Positions 10,401 through 24,400 of a stretch of DNA of 58,000 bases are shown here, in pieces. The notes under the pieces are model-generated. The model was not told where the DNA came from. It saw only the letters and a program-made list of their open reading frames with translations, and ran no database searches. Made by a program: the position numbers and the translations under genes. Position 1 is the first letter of the stretch. The number at the start of each line of letters is the position of its first letter. The stretch is from Eledone cirrhosa. Its lineage: Eukaryota. The stretch spans positions 1 through 58,000 of the forward strand of contig CAXHJY010001536.1 in assembly GCA_964016885.1 (NCBI GenBank), in the 5' to 3' direction.

Positions 10401-13400
10401 GCCAATGAGTGTCTACACATGTACCAGTAATTACAGATCGATCCGACCACGGGCGGCCGGCCCGCGATTTTAAAGGTAACTCCGCCGGCAAATCGTCATT
10501 TTTGGATTCGTTTTCTTCGAAGCACACCATTCGCCGGCGGACTTTGTTGACGTTTAACACGGTTTGGTTCCACAGCCACAACTATTGATTTTACGGAGAT
10601 ATCTTGCTGAAATTCACGCCGCACATAGCCAATGAGTGTCTGCACATGTACCAGTAATTACAGATCGATCCGACCACGGGCGGCCGGCCCGCGATTGAAA
10701 AGGTAACTCCGCCGGCAAATCGTCATTTTTGGATTCGTTTTCTTCGAAGCACACCATTCGCCGGCGGACTTTGTTGACGTTTAACACGGTTTGGTTCCAC
10801 AGCCACAACTATTGATTTTACGGAGATATCTTGCTGAAATTCACGCCACACATAGCCAATGAGTGTCTGCACATGTACCAGTAATTACAGATCGATCCGA
10901 CCACGGGCGGCCGGCCCGCGATTGAAAAGGTAACTCCGCCGGCAAATCGTCATTTTTGGATTCGTTTTCTTCGAAGCACACCATTCGCCGGCGGACTTTG
11001 TTGACGTTTAACACGGTTTGGTTCCACAGCCACAACTATTGATTTTACGGAGATATCTTGCTGAAATTCACGCCGCACATAGCCAATGAGTGTCTGCACA
11101 TGTACCAGTAATTACAGATCGATCCGACCACGGGCGGCCGGCCCGCGATTGAAAAGGTAACTCCGCCGGCAAATCGTCATTTTTGGATTCGTTTTCTTCG
11201 AAACACACCATTCGCCGGCGGACTTTGTTGACGTTTAACACGGTTTGGTTCCACAGCCACAACTATTGATGTTACGGAGATATCTTGCTGGAATTCACGC
11301 CGCACATAGCCAATGAGTGTCTACACATGTACCAGTAATTACAGATCGATCCGACCACGGGCGGCCGGCCCGCGATTTTAAAGGTAACTCCGCCGGCAAA
11401 TCGTCATTTTTGGATTCGTTTTCTTCGAAGCACACCATTCGCCGGCGGACTTTGTTGACGTTTAACACGGTTTGGTTCCACAGCCACAACTATTGATTTT
11501 ACGGAGATATCTTGCTGAAATTCACGCCGCACATAGCCAATGAGTGTCTGCACATGTACCAGTAATTACAGATCGATCCGACCACGGGCGGCCGGCCCGC
11601 GATTGAAAAGGTAACTCCGCCGGCAAATCGTCATTTTTGGATTCGTTTTCTTCGAAGCACACCATTCGCCGGCGGACTTTGTTGACGTTTAACACGGTTT
11701 GGTTCCACAGCCACAACTATTGATTTTACGGAGATATCTTGCTGAAATTCACGCCACACATAGCCAATGAGTGTCTGCACATGTACCAGTAATTACAGAA
11801 CGATCCGACCACGGGCGGCCGGCCCGCGATTGAAAAGGTAACTCCGCCGGCAAATCGTCATTTTTGGATTCGTTTTCTTCGAAGCACACCATTCGCCGGC
11901 GGACTTTGTTGACGTTTAACACGGTTTGGTTCCACAGCCACAACTATTGATTTTACGGAGATATCTTGCTGAAATTCACGCCGCACATAGCCAATGAGTG
12001 TCTGCACATGTACCAGTAATTACAGATCGATCCGACCACGGGCGGCCGGCCCGCGATTGAAAAGGTAACTCCGCCGGCAAATCGTCATTTTTGGATTCGT
12101 TTTCTTCGAAGCACACCATTCGCCGGCGGACTTTGTTGACGTTTAACACGGTTTGGTTCCACAGCCACAACTATTGATTTTACGGAGATATCTTGCTGAA
12201 ATTCACGCCACACATAGCCAATGAGTGTCTGCACATGTACCAGTAATTACAGATCGATCCGACCACGGGCGGCCGGCCCGCGATTGAAAAGGTAACTCCG
12301 CCGGCAAATCGTCATTTTTGGATTCGTTTTCTTCGAAGCACACCATTCGCCGGCGGACTTTGTTGACGTTTAACACGGTTTGGTTCCACAGCCACAACTA
12401 TTGATTTTACGGAGATATCTTGCTGAAATTCACGCCGCACATAGCCAATGAGTGTCTGCACATGTACCAGTAATTACAGATCGATCCGACCACGGGCGGC
12501 CGGCCCGCGATTGAAAAGGTAACTCCGCCGGCAAATCGTCATTTTTGGATTCGTTTTCTTCGAAACACACCATTCGCCGGCGGACTTTGTTGACGTTTAA
12601 CACGGTTTGGTTCCACAGCCACAACTATTGATGTTACGGAGATATCTTGCTGGAATTCACGCCGCACATAGCCAATGAGTGTCTACACATGTACCAGTAA
12701 TTACAGATCGATCCGACCACGGGCGGCCGGCCCGCGATTTTAAAGGTAACTCCGCCGGCAAATCGTCATTTTTGGATTCGTTTTCTTCGAAGCACACCAT
12801 TCGCCGGCGGACTTTGTTGACGTTTAACACGGTTTGGTTCCACAGCCACAACTATTGATTTTACGGAGATATCTTGCTGAAATTCACGCCGCACATAGCC
12901 AATGAGTGTCTGCACATGTACCAGTAATTACAGATCGATCCGACCACGGGCGGCCGGCCCGCGATTGAAAAGGTAACTCCGCCGGCAAATCGTCATTTTT
13001 GGATTCGTTTTCTTCGAAACACACCATTCGCCGGCGGACTTTGTTGACGTTTAACACGGTTTGGTTCCACAGCCACAACTATTGATGTTACGGAGATATC
13101 TTGCTGGAATTCACGCCGCACATAGCCAATGAGTGTCTACACATGTACCAGTAATTACAGATCGATCCGACCACGGGCGGCCGGCCCGCGATTTTAAAGG
13201 TAACTCCGCCGGCAAATCGTCATTTTTGGATTCGTTTTCTTCGAAGCACACCATTCGCCGGCGGACTTTGTTGACGTTTAACACGGTTTGGTTCCACAGC
13301 CACAACTATTGATTTTACGGAGATATCTTGCTGAAATTCACGCCGCACATAGCCAATGAGTGTCTGCACATGTACCAGTAATTACAGATCGATCCGACCA

Positions 13401-16400
13401 CGGGCGGCCGGCCCGCGATTGAAAAGGTAACTCCGCCGGCAAATCGTCATTTTTGGATTCGTTTTCTTCGAAGCACACCATTCGCCGGCGGACTTTGTTG
13501 ACGTTTAACACGGTTTGGTTCCACAGCCACAACTATTGAATTTACGGAGATATCTTGCTGAAATTCACGCCACACATAGCCAATGAGTGTCTGCACATGT
13601 ACCAGTAATTACAGATCGATCCGACCACGGGCGGCCGGCCCGCGATTGAAAAGGTAACTCCGCCGGCAAATCGTCATTTTTGGATTCGTTTTCTTCGAAG
13701 CACACCATTCGCCGGCGGACTTTGTTGACGTTTAACACGGTTTGGTTCCACAGCCACAACTATTGATTTTACGGAGATATCTTGCTGAAATTCACGCCAC
13801 ACATAGCCAATGAGTGTCTGCACATGTACCAGTAATTACAGATCGATCCGACCACGGGCGGCCGGCCCGCGATTGAAAAGGTAACTCCGCCGGCAAATCG
13901 TCATTTTTGGATTCGTTTTCTTCGAAGCACACCATTCGCCGGCGGACTTTGTTGACGTTTAACACGGTTTGGTTCCACAGCCACAACTATTGATTTTACG
14001 GAGATATCTTGCTGAAATTCACGCCGCACATAGCCAATGAGTGTCTGCACATGTACCAGTAATTACAGATCGATCCGACCACGGGCGGCCGGCCCGCGAT
14101 TGAAAAGGTAACTCCGCCGGCAAATCGTCATTTTTGGATTCGTTTTCTTCGAAACACACCATTCGCCGGCGGACTTTGTTGACGTTTAACACGGTTTGGT
14201 TCCACAGCCACAACTATTGATGTTACGGAGATATCTTGCTGGAATTCACGCCGCACATAGCCAATGAGTGTCTACACATGTACCAGTAATTACAGATCGA
14301 TCCGACCACGGGCGGCCGGCCCGCGATTGAAAAGGTAACTCCGCCGGCAAATCGTCATTTTTGGATTCGTTTTCTTCGAAGCACACCATTCGCCGGCGGA
14401 CTTTGTTGACGTTTAACACGGTTTGGTTCCACAGCCACAACTATTGAATTTACGGAGATATCTTGCTGAAATTCACGCCACACATAGCCAATGAGTGTCT
14501 GCACATGTACCAGTAATTACAGATCGATCCGACCACGGGCGGCCGGCCCGCGATTGAAAAGGTAACTCCGCCGGCAAATCGTCATTTTTGGATTCGTTTT
14601 CTTCGAAACACACCATTCGCCGGCGGACTTTGTTGACGTTTAACACGGTTTGGTTCCACAGCCACAACTATTGATGTTACGGAGATATCTTGCTGGAATT
14701 CACGCCGCACATAGCCAATGAGTGTCTACACATGTACCAGTAATTACAGATCGATCCGACCACGGGCGGCCGGCCCGCGATTTTAAAGGTAACTCCGCCG
14801 GCAAATCGTCATTTTTGGATTCGTTTTCTTCGAAGCACACCATTCGCCGGCGGACTTTGTTGACGTTTAACACGGTTTGGTTCCACAGCCACAACTATTG
14901 ATTTTACGGAGATATTTTGCTGAAATTCACGCCGCACATAGCCAATGAGTGTCTGCACATGTACCAGTAATTACAGATCGATCCGACCACGGGCGGCCGG
15001 CCCGCGATTGAAAAGGTAACTCCGCCGGCAAATCGTCATTTTTGGATTCGTTTTCTTCGAAGCACACCATTCGCCGGCGGACTTTGTTGACGTTTAACAC
15101 GGTTTGGTTCCACAGCCACAACTATTGAATTTACGGAGATATCTTGCTGAAATTCACGCCACACATAGCCAATGAGTGTCTGCACATGTACCAGTAATTA
15201 CAGATCGATCCGACCACGGGCGGCCGGCCCGCGATTGAAAAGGTAACTCCGCCGGCAAATCGTCATTTTTGGATTCGTTTTCTTCGAAGCACACCATTCG
15301 CCGGCGGACTTTGTTGACGTTTAACACGGTTTGGTTCCACAGCCACAACTATTGATTTTACGGAGATATCTTGCTGAAATTCACGCCACACATAGCCAAT
15401 GAGTGTCTGCACATGTACCAGTAATTACAGATCGATCCGACCACGGGCGGCCGGCCCGCGATTGAAAAGGTAACTCCGCCGGCAAATCGTCATTTTTGGA
15501 TTCGTTTTCTTCGAAGCACACCATTCGCCGGCGGACTTTGTTGACGTTTAACACGGTTTGGTTCCACAGCCACAACTATTGATTTTACGGAGATATCTTG
15601 CTGAAATTCACGCCGCACATAGCCAATGAGTGTCTGCACATGTACCAGTAATTACAGATCGATCCGACCACGGGCGGCCGGCCCGTGATTGAAAAGGTAA
15701 CTCCGCCGGCAAATCGTCATTTTTGGATTCGTTTTCTTCGAAACACACCATTCGCCGGCGGACTTTGTTGACGTTTAACACGGTTTGGTTCCACAGCCAC
15801 AACTATTGATGTTACGGAGATATCTTGCTGGAATTCACGCCGCACATAGCCAATGAGTGTCTACACATGTACCAGTAATTACAGATCGATCCGACCACGG
15901 GCGGCCGGCCCGCGATTTTAAAGGTAACTCCGCCGGCAAATCGTCATTTTTGGATTCGTTTTCTTCGAAGCACACCATTCGCCGGCGGACTTTGTTGACG
16001 TTTAACACGGTTTGGTTCCACAGCCACAACTATTGATTTTACGGAGATATCTTGCTGAAATTCACGCCGCACATAGCCAATGAGTGTCTGCACATGTACC
16101 AGTAATTACAGATCGATCCGACCACGGGCGGCCGGCCCGCGATTGAAAAGGTAACTCCGCCGGCAAATCGTCATTTTTGGATTCGTTTTCTTCGAAGCAC
16201 ACCATTCGCCGGCGGACTTTGTTGACGTTTAACACGGTTTGGTTCCACAGCCACAACTATTGATTTTACGGAGATATCTTGCTGAAATTCACGCCACACA
16301 TAGCCAATGAGTGTCTGCACATGTACCAGTAATTACAGATCGATCCGACCACGGGCGGCCGGCCCGCGATTGAAAAGGTAACTCCGCCGGCAAATCGTCA

Positions 16401-18466
16401 TTTTTGGATTCGTTTTCTTCGAAGCACACCATTCGCCGGCGGACTTTGTTGACGTTTAACACGGTTTGGTTCCACAGCCACAACTATTGATTTTACGGAG
16501 ATATCTTGCTGAAATTCACGCCGCACATAGCCAATGAGTGTCTGCACATGTACCAGTAATTACAGATCGATCCGACCACGGGCGGCCGGCCCGCGATTGA
16601 AAAGGTAACTCCGCCGGCAAATCGTCATTTTTGGATTCGTTTTCTTCGAAACACACCATTCGCCGGCGGACTTTGTTGACGTTTAACACGGTTTGGTTCC
16701 ACAGCCACAACTATTGATGTTACGGAGATATCTTGCTGGAATTCACGCCGCACATAGCCAATGAGTGTCTACACATGTACCAGTAATTACAGATCGATCC
16801 GACCACGGGCGGCCGGCCCGCGATTTTAAAGGTAACTCCGCCGGCAAATCGTCATTTTTGGATTCGTTTTCTTCGAAGCACACCATTCGCCGGCGGACTT
16901 TGTTGACGTTTAACACGGTTTGGTTCCACAGCCACAACTATTGATTTTACGGAGATATCTTGCTGAAATTCACGCCGCACATAGCCAATGAGTGTCTGCA
17001 CATGTACCAGTAATTACAGATCGATCCGACCACGGGCGGCCGGCCCGCGATTGAAAAGGTAACTCCGCCGGCAAATCGTCATTTTTGGATTCGTTTTCTT
17101 CGAAGCACACCATTCGCCGGCGGACTTTGTTGACGTTTAACACGGTTTGGTTCCACAGCCACAACTATTGATTTTACGGAGATATCTTGCTGAAATTCAC
17201 GCCACACATAGCCAATGAGTGTCTGCACATGTACCAGTAATTACAGAACGATCCGACCACGGGCGGCCGGCCCGCGATTGAAAAGGTAACTCCGCCGGCA
17301 AATCGTCATTTTTGGATTCGTTTTCTTCGAAGCACACCATTCGCCGGCGGACTTTGTTGACGTTTAACACGGTTTGGTTCCACAGCCACAACTATTGATT
17401 TTACGGAGATATCTTGCTGAAATTCACGCCGCACATAGCCAATGAGTGTCTGCACATGTACCAGTAATTACAGATCGATCCGACCACGGGCGGCCGGCCC
17501 GCGATTGAAAAGGTAACTCCGCCGGCAAATCGTCATTTTTGGATTCGTTTTCTTCGAAGCACACCATTCGCCGGCGGACTTTGTTGACGTTTAACACGGT
17601 TTGGTTCCACAGCCACAACTATTGATTTTACGGAGATATCTTGCTGAAATTCACGCCACACATAGCCAATGAGTGTCTGCACATGTACCAGTAATTACAG
17701 ATCGATCCGACCACGGGCGGCCGGCCCGCGATTGAAAAGGTAACTCCGCCGGCAAATCGTCATTTTTGGATTCGTTTTCTTCGAAGCACACCATTCGCCG
17801 GCGGACTTTGTTGACGTTTAACACGGTTTGGTTCCACAGCCACAACTATTGATTTTACGGAGATATCTTGCTGAAATTCACGCCGCACATAGCCAATGAG
17901 TGTCTGCACATGTACCAGTAATTACAGATCGATCCGACCACGGGCGGCCGGCCCGCGATTGAAAAGGTAACTCCGCCGGCAAATCGTCATTTTTGGATTC
18001 GTTTTCTTCGAAACACACCATTCGCCGGCGGACTTTGTTGACGTTTAACACGGTTTGGTTCCACAGCCACAACTATTGATGTTACGGAGATATCTTGCTG
18101 GAATTCACGCCGCACATAGCCAATGAGTGTCTACACATGTACCAGTAATTACAGATCGATCCGACCACGGGCGGCCGGCCCGCGATTTTAAAGGTAACTC
18201 CGCCGGCAAATCGTCATTTTTGGATTCGTTTTCTTCGAAGCACACCATTCGCCGGCGGACTTTGTTGACGTTTAACACGGTTTGGTTCCACAGCCACAAC
18301 TATTGATTTTACGGAGATATCTTGCTGAAATTCACGCCGCACATAGCCAATGAGTGTCTGCACATGTACCAGTAATTACAGATCGATCCGACCACGGGCG
18401 GCCGGCCCGCGATTGAAAAGGTAACTCCGCCGGCAAATCGTCATTTTTGGATTCGTTTTCTTCGAA
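7444..18466. repeat. Higher-order tandem duplication of 24 monomers (period 5,448 bp)
   Basis: Rare variants pair at +5,448: C>T gatatTttgc at 9468/14916, T>A cagaAcg at 11800/17248, and the hybrid monomer at ORF slots 8798/14246. The monomer-type order is the same in both copies. The one difference seen is a private C>T at 15686. Confidence 0.9.
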
Positions 18467-21400
18467 GCACACCATTCGCCGGCGGACTTTGTTGACGTTT
18501 AACACGGTTTGGTTCCACAGCCACAACTATTGATTTTACGGAGATATCTTGCTGAAATTCACGCCACACATAGCCAATGAGTGTCTGCACATGTACCAGT
18601 AATTACAGAACGATCCGACCACGGGCGGCCGGCCCGCGATTGAAAAGGTAACTCCGCCGGCAAATCGTCATTTTTGGATTCGTTTTCTTCGAAGCACACC
18701 ATTCGCCGGCGGACTTTGTTGACGTTTAACACGGTTTGGTTCCACAGCCACAACTATTGATTTTACGGAGATATCTTGCTGAAATTCACGCCGCACATAG
18801 CCAATGAGTGTCTGCACATGTACCAGTAATTACAGATCGATCCGACCACGGGCGGCCGGCCCGCGATTGAAAAGGTAACTCCGCCGGCAAATCGTCATTT
18901 TTGGATTCGTTTTCTTCGAAGCACACCATTCGCCGGCGGACTTTGTTGACGTTTAACACGGTTTGGTTCCACAGCCACAACTATTGAATTTACGGAGATA
19001 TCTTGCTGAAATTCACGCCACACATAGCCAATGAGTGTCTGCACATGTACCAGTAATTACAGATCGATCCGACCACGGGCGGCCGGCCCGCGATTGAAAA
19101 GGTAACTCCGCCGGCAAATCGTCATTTTTGGATTCGTTTTCTTCGAAACACACCATTCGCCGGCGGACTTTGTTGACGTTTAACACGGTTTGGTTCCACA
19201 GCCACAACTATTGATGTTACGGAGATATCTTGCTGGAATTCACGCCGCACATAGCCAATGAGTGTCTACACATGTACCAGTAATTACAGATCGATCCGAC
19301 CACGGGCGGCCGGCCCGCGATTTTAAAGGTAACTCCGCCGGCAAATCGTCATTTTTGGATTCGTTTTCTTCGAAGCACACCATTCGCCGGCGGACTTTGT
19401 TGACGTTTAACACGGTTTGGTTCCACAGCCACAACTATTGATTTTACGGAGATATCTTGCTGAAATTCACGCCGCACATAGCCAATGAGTGTCTGCACAT
19501 GTACCAGTAATTACAGATCGATCCGACCACGGGCGGCCGGCCCGCGATTGAAAAGGTAACTCCGCCGGCAAATCGTCATTTTTGGATTCGTTTTCTTCGA
19601 AGCACACCATTCGCCGGCGGACTTTGTTGACGTTTAACACGGTTTGGTTCCACAGCCACAACTATTGATTTTACGGAGATATCTTGCTGAAATTCACGCC
19701 ACACATAGCCAATGAGTGTCTGCACATGTACCAGTAATTACAGAACGATCCGACCACGGGCGGCCGGCCCGCGATTGAAAAGGTAACTCCGCCGGCAAAT
19801 CGTCATTTTTGGATTCGTTTTCTTCGAAGCACACCATTCGCCGGCGGACTTTGTTGACGTTTAACACGGTTTGGTTCCACAGCCACAACTATTGATTTTA
19901 CGGAGATATCTTGCTGAAATTCACGCCGCACATAGCCAATGAGTGTCTGCACATGTACCAGTAATTACAGATCGATCCGACCACGGGCGGCCGGCCCGCG
20001 ATTGAAAAGGTAACTCCGCCGGCAAATCGTCATTTTTGGATTCGTTTTCTTCGAAGCACACCATTCGCCGGCGGACTTTGTTGACGTTTAACACGGTTTG
20101 GTTCCACAGCCACAACTATTGAATTTACGGAGATATCTTGCTGAAATTCACGCCACACATAGCCAATGAGTGTCTGCACATGTACCAGTAATTACAGATC
20201 GATCCGACCACGGGCGGCCGGCCCGCGATTGAAAAGGTAACTCCGCCGGCAAATCGTCATTTTTGGATTCGTTTTCTTCGAAACACACCATTCGCCGGCG
20301 GACTTTGTTGACGTTTAACACGGTTTGGTTCCACAGCCACAACTATTGATGTTACGGAGATATCTTGCTGGAATTCACGCCGCACATAGCCAATGAGTGT
20401 CTACACATGTACCAGTAATTACAGATCGATCCGACCACGGGCGGCCGGCCCGCGATTTTAAAGGTAACTCCGCCGGCAAATCGTCATTTTTGGATTCGTT
20501 TTCTTCGAAGCACACCATTCGCCGGCGGACTTTGTTGACGTTTAACACGGTTTGGTTCCACAGCCACAACTATTGATTTTACGGAGATATCTTGCTGAAA
20601 TTCACGCCGCACATAGCCAATGAGTGTCTGCACATGTACCAGTAATTACAGATCGATCCGACCACGGGCGGCCGGCCCGCGATTGAAAAGGTAACTCCGC
20701 CGGCAAATCGTCATTTTTGGATTCGTTTTCTTCGAAGCACACCATTCGCCGGCGGACTTTGTTGACGTTTAACACGGTTTGGTTCCACAGCCACAACTAT
20801 TGAATTTACGGAGATATCTTGCTGAAATTCACGCCACACATAGCCAATGAGTGTCTGCACATTTACCAGTAATTACAGATCGATCCGACCACGGGCGGCC
20901 GGCCCGCGATTGAAAAGGTAACTCCGCCGGCAAATCGTCATTTTTGGATTCGTTTTCTTCGAAGCACACCATTCGCCGGCGGACTTTGTTGACGTTTAAC
21001 ACGGTTTGGTTCCACAGCCACAACTATTGATTTTACGGAGATATCTTGCTGAAATTCACGCCACACATAGCCAATGAGTGTCTGCACATGTACCAGTAAT
21101 TACAGATCGATCCGACCACGGGCGGCCGGCCCGCGATTGAAAAGGTAACTCCGCCGGCAAATCGTCATTTTTGGATTCGTTTTCTTCGAAGCACACCATT
21201 CGCCGGCGGACTTTGTTGACGTTTAACACGGTTTGGTTCCACAGCCACAACTATTGATTTTACGGAGATATCTTGCTGAAATTCACGCCGCACATAGCCA
21301 ATGAGTGTCTGCACATGTACCAGTAATTACAGATCGATCCGACTACGGGCGGCCGGCCCGCGATTGAAAAGGTAACTCCGCCGGCAAATCGTCATTTTTG

Positions 21401-24400
21401 GATTCGTTTTCTTCGAAACACACCATTCGCCGGCGGACTTTGTTGACGTTTAACACGGTTTGGTTCCACAGCCACAACTATTGATGTTACGGAGATATCT
21501 TGCTGGAATTCACGCCGCACATAGCCAATGAGTGTCTACACATGTACCAGTAATTACAGATCGATCCGACCACGGGCGGCCGGCCCGCGATTTTAAAGGT
21601 AACTCCACCGGCAAATCGTCATTTTTGGATTCGTTTTCTTCGAAGCACACCATTCGCCGGCGGACTTTGTTGACGTTTAACACGGTTTGGTTCCACAGCC
21701 ACAACTATTGATTTTACGGAGATATCTTGCTGAAATTCACGCCGCACATAGCCAATGAGTGTCTGCACATGTACCAGTAATTACAGATCGATCCGACCAC
21801 GGGCGGCCGGCCCGCGATTGAAAAGGTAACTCCGCCGGCAAATCGTCATTTTTGGATTCGTTTTCTTCGAAGCACACCATTCGCCGGCGGACTTTGTTGA
21901 CGTTTAACACGGTTTGGTTCCACAGCCACAACTATTGATTTTACGGAGATATCTTGCTGAAATTCACGCCACACATAGCCAATGAGTGTCTGCACATGTA
22001 CCAGTAATTACAGATCGATCCGACCACGGGCGGCCGGCCCGCGATTGAAAAGGTAACTCCGCCGGCAAATCGTCATTTTTGGATTCGTTTTCTTCGAAGC
22101 ACACCATTCGCCGGCGGACTTTGTTGACGTTTAACACGGTTTGGTTCCACAGCCACAACTATTGAATTTACGGAGATATCTTGCTGAAATTCACGCCACA
22201 CATAGCCAATGAGTGTCTGCACATGTACCAGTAATTACAGATCGATCCGACCACGGGCGGCCGGCCCGCGATTGAAAAGGTAACTCCGCCAGCAAATCGT
22301 CATTTTTGGATTCGTTTTCTTCGAAACACACCATTCGCCGGCGGACTTTGTTGACGTTTAACACGGTTTGGTTCCACAGCCACAACTATTGATGTTACGG
22401 AGATATCTTGCTGGAATTCACGCCGCACATAGCCAATGAGTGTCTACACATGTACCAGTAATTACAGATCGATCCGACCACGGGCGGCCGGCCCGCGATT
22501 TTAAAGGTAACTCCGCCGGCAAATCGTCATTTTTGGATTCGTTTTCTTCGAAGCACACCATTCGCCGGCGGACTTTGTTGACGTTTAACACGGTTTGGTT
22601 CCACAGCCACAACTATTGATTTTACGGAGATATCTTGCTGAAATTCACGCCGCACATAGCCAATGAGTGTCTGCACATGTACCAGTAATTACAGATCGAT
22701 CCGACCACGGGCGGCCGGCCCGCGATTGAAAAGGTAACTCCGCCGGCAAATCGTCATTTTTGGATTCGTTTTCTTCGAAGCACACCATTCGCCGGCGGAC
22801 TTTGTTGACGTTTAACACGGTTTGGTTCCACAGCCACAACTATTGAATTTACGGAGATATCTTGCTGAAATTCACGCCACACATAGCCAATGAGTGTCTG
22901 CACATGTACCAGTAATTACAGATCGATCCGACCACGGGCGGCCGGCCCGCGATTGAAAAGGTAACTCCGCCGGCAAATCGTCATTTTTGGATTCGTTTTC
23001 TTCGAAGCACACCATTCGCCGGCGGACTTTGTTGACGTTTAACACGGTTTGGTTCCACAGCCACAACTATTGATTTTACGGAGATATCTTGCTGAAATTC
23101 ACGCCACACATAGCCAATGAGTGTCTGCACATGTACCAGTAATTACAGATCGATCCGACCACGGGCGGCCGGCCCGCGATTGAAAAGGTAACTCCGCCGG
23201 CAAATCGTCATTTTTGGATTCGTTTTCTTCGAAGCACACCATTCGCCGGCGGACTTTGTTGACGTTTAACACGGTTTGGTTCCACAGCCACAACTATTGA
23301 TTTTACGGAGATATCTTGCTGAAATTCACGCCGCACATAGCCAATGAGTGTCTGCACATGTACCAGTAATTACAGATCGATCCGACCACGGGCGGCCGGC
23401 CCGCGATTGAAAAGGTAACTCCGCCGGCAAATCGTCATTTTTGGATTCGTTTTCTTCGAAGCACACCATTCGCCGGCGGACTTTGTTGACGTTTAACACG
23501 GTTTGGTTCCACAGCCACAACTATTGAATTTACGGAGATATCTTGCTGAAATTCACGCCACACATAGCCAATGAGTGTCTGCACATGTACCAGTAATTAC
23601 AGATCGATCCGACCACGGGCGGCCGGCCCGCGATTGAAAAGGTAACTCCGCCGGCAAATCGTCATTTTTGGATTCGTTTTCTTCGAAGCACACCATTCGC
23701 CGGCGGACTTTGTTGACGTTTAACACGGTTTGGTTCCACAGCCACAACTATTGATTTTACGGAGATATCTTGCTGAAATTCACGCCGCACATAGCCAATG
23801 AGTGTCTGCACATGTACCAGTAATTACAGATCGATCCGACCACGGGCGGCCGGCCCGCGATTGAAAAGGTAACTCCGCCGGCAAATCGTCATTTTTGGAT
23901 TCGTTTTCTTCGAAACACACCATTCGCCGGCGGACTTTGTTGACGTTTAACACGGTTTGGTTCCACAGCCACAACTATTGATGTTACGGAGATATCTTGC
24001 TGGAATTCACGCCGCACATAGCCAATGAGTGTCTACACATGTACCAGTAATTACAGATCGATCCGACCACGGGCGGCCGGCCCGCGATTTTAAAGGTAAC
24101 TCCGCCGGCAAATCGTCATTTTTGGATTCGTTTTCTTCGAAGCACACCATTCGCCGGCGGACTTTGTTGACGTTTAACACGGTTTGGTTCCACAGCCACA
24201 ACTATTGATTTTACGGAGATATCTTGCTGAAATTCACGCCGCACATAGCCAATGAGTGTCTGCACATGTACCAGTAATTACAGATCGATCCGACCACGGG
24301 CGGCCGGCCCGCGATTGAAAAGGTAACTCCGCCGGCAAATCGTCATTTTTGGATTCGTTTTCTTCGAAGCACACCATTCGCCGGCGGACTTTGTTGACGT

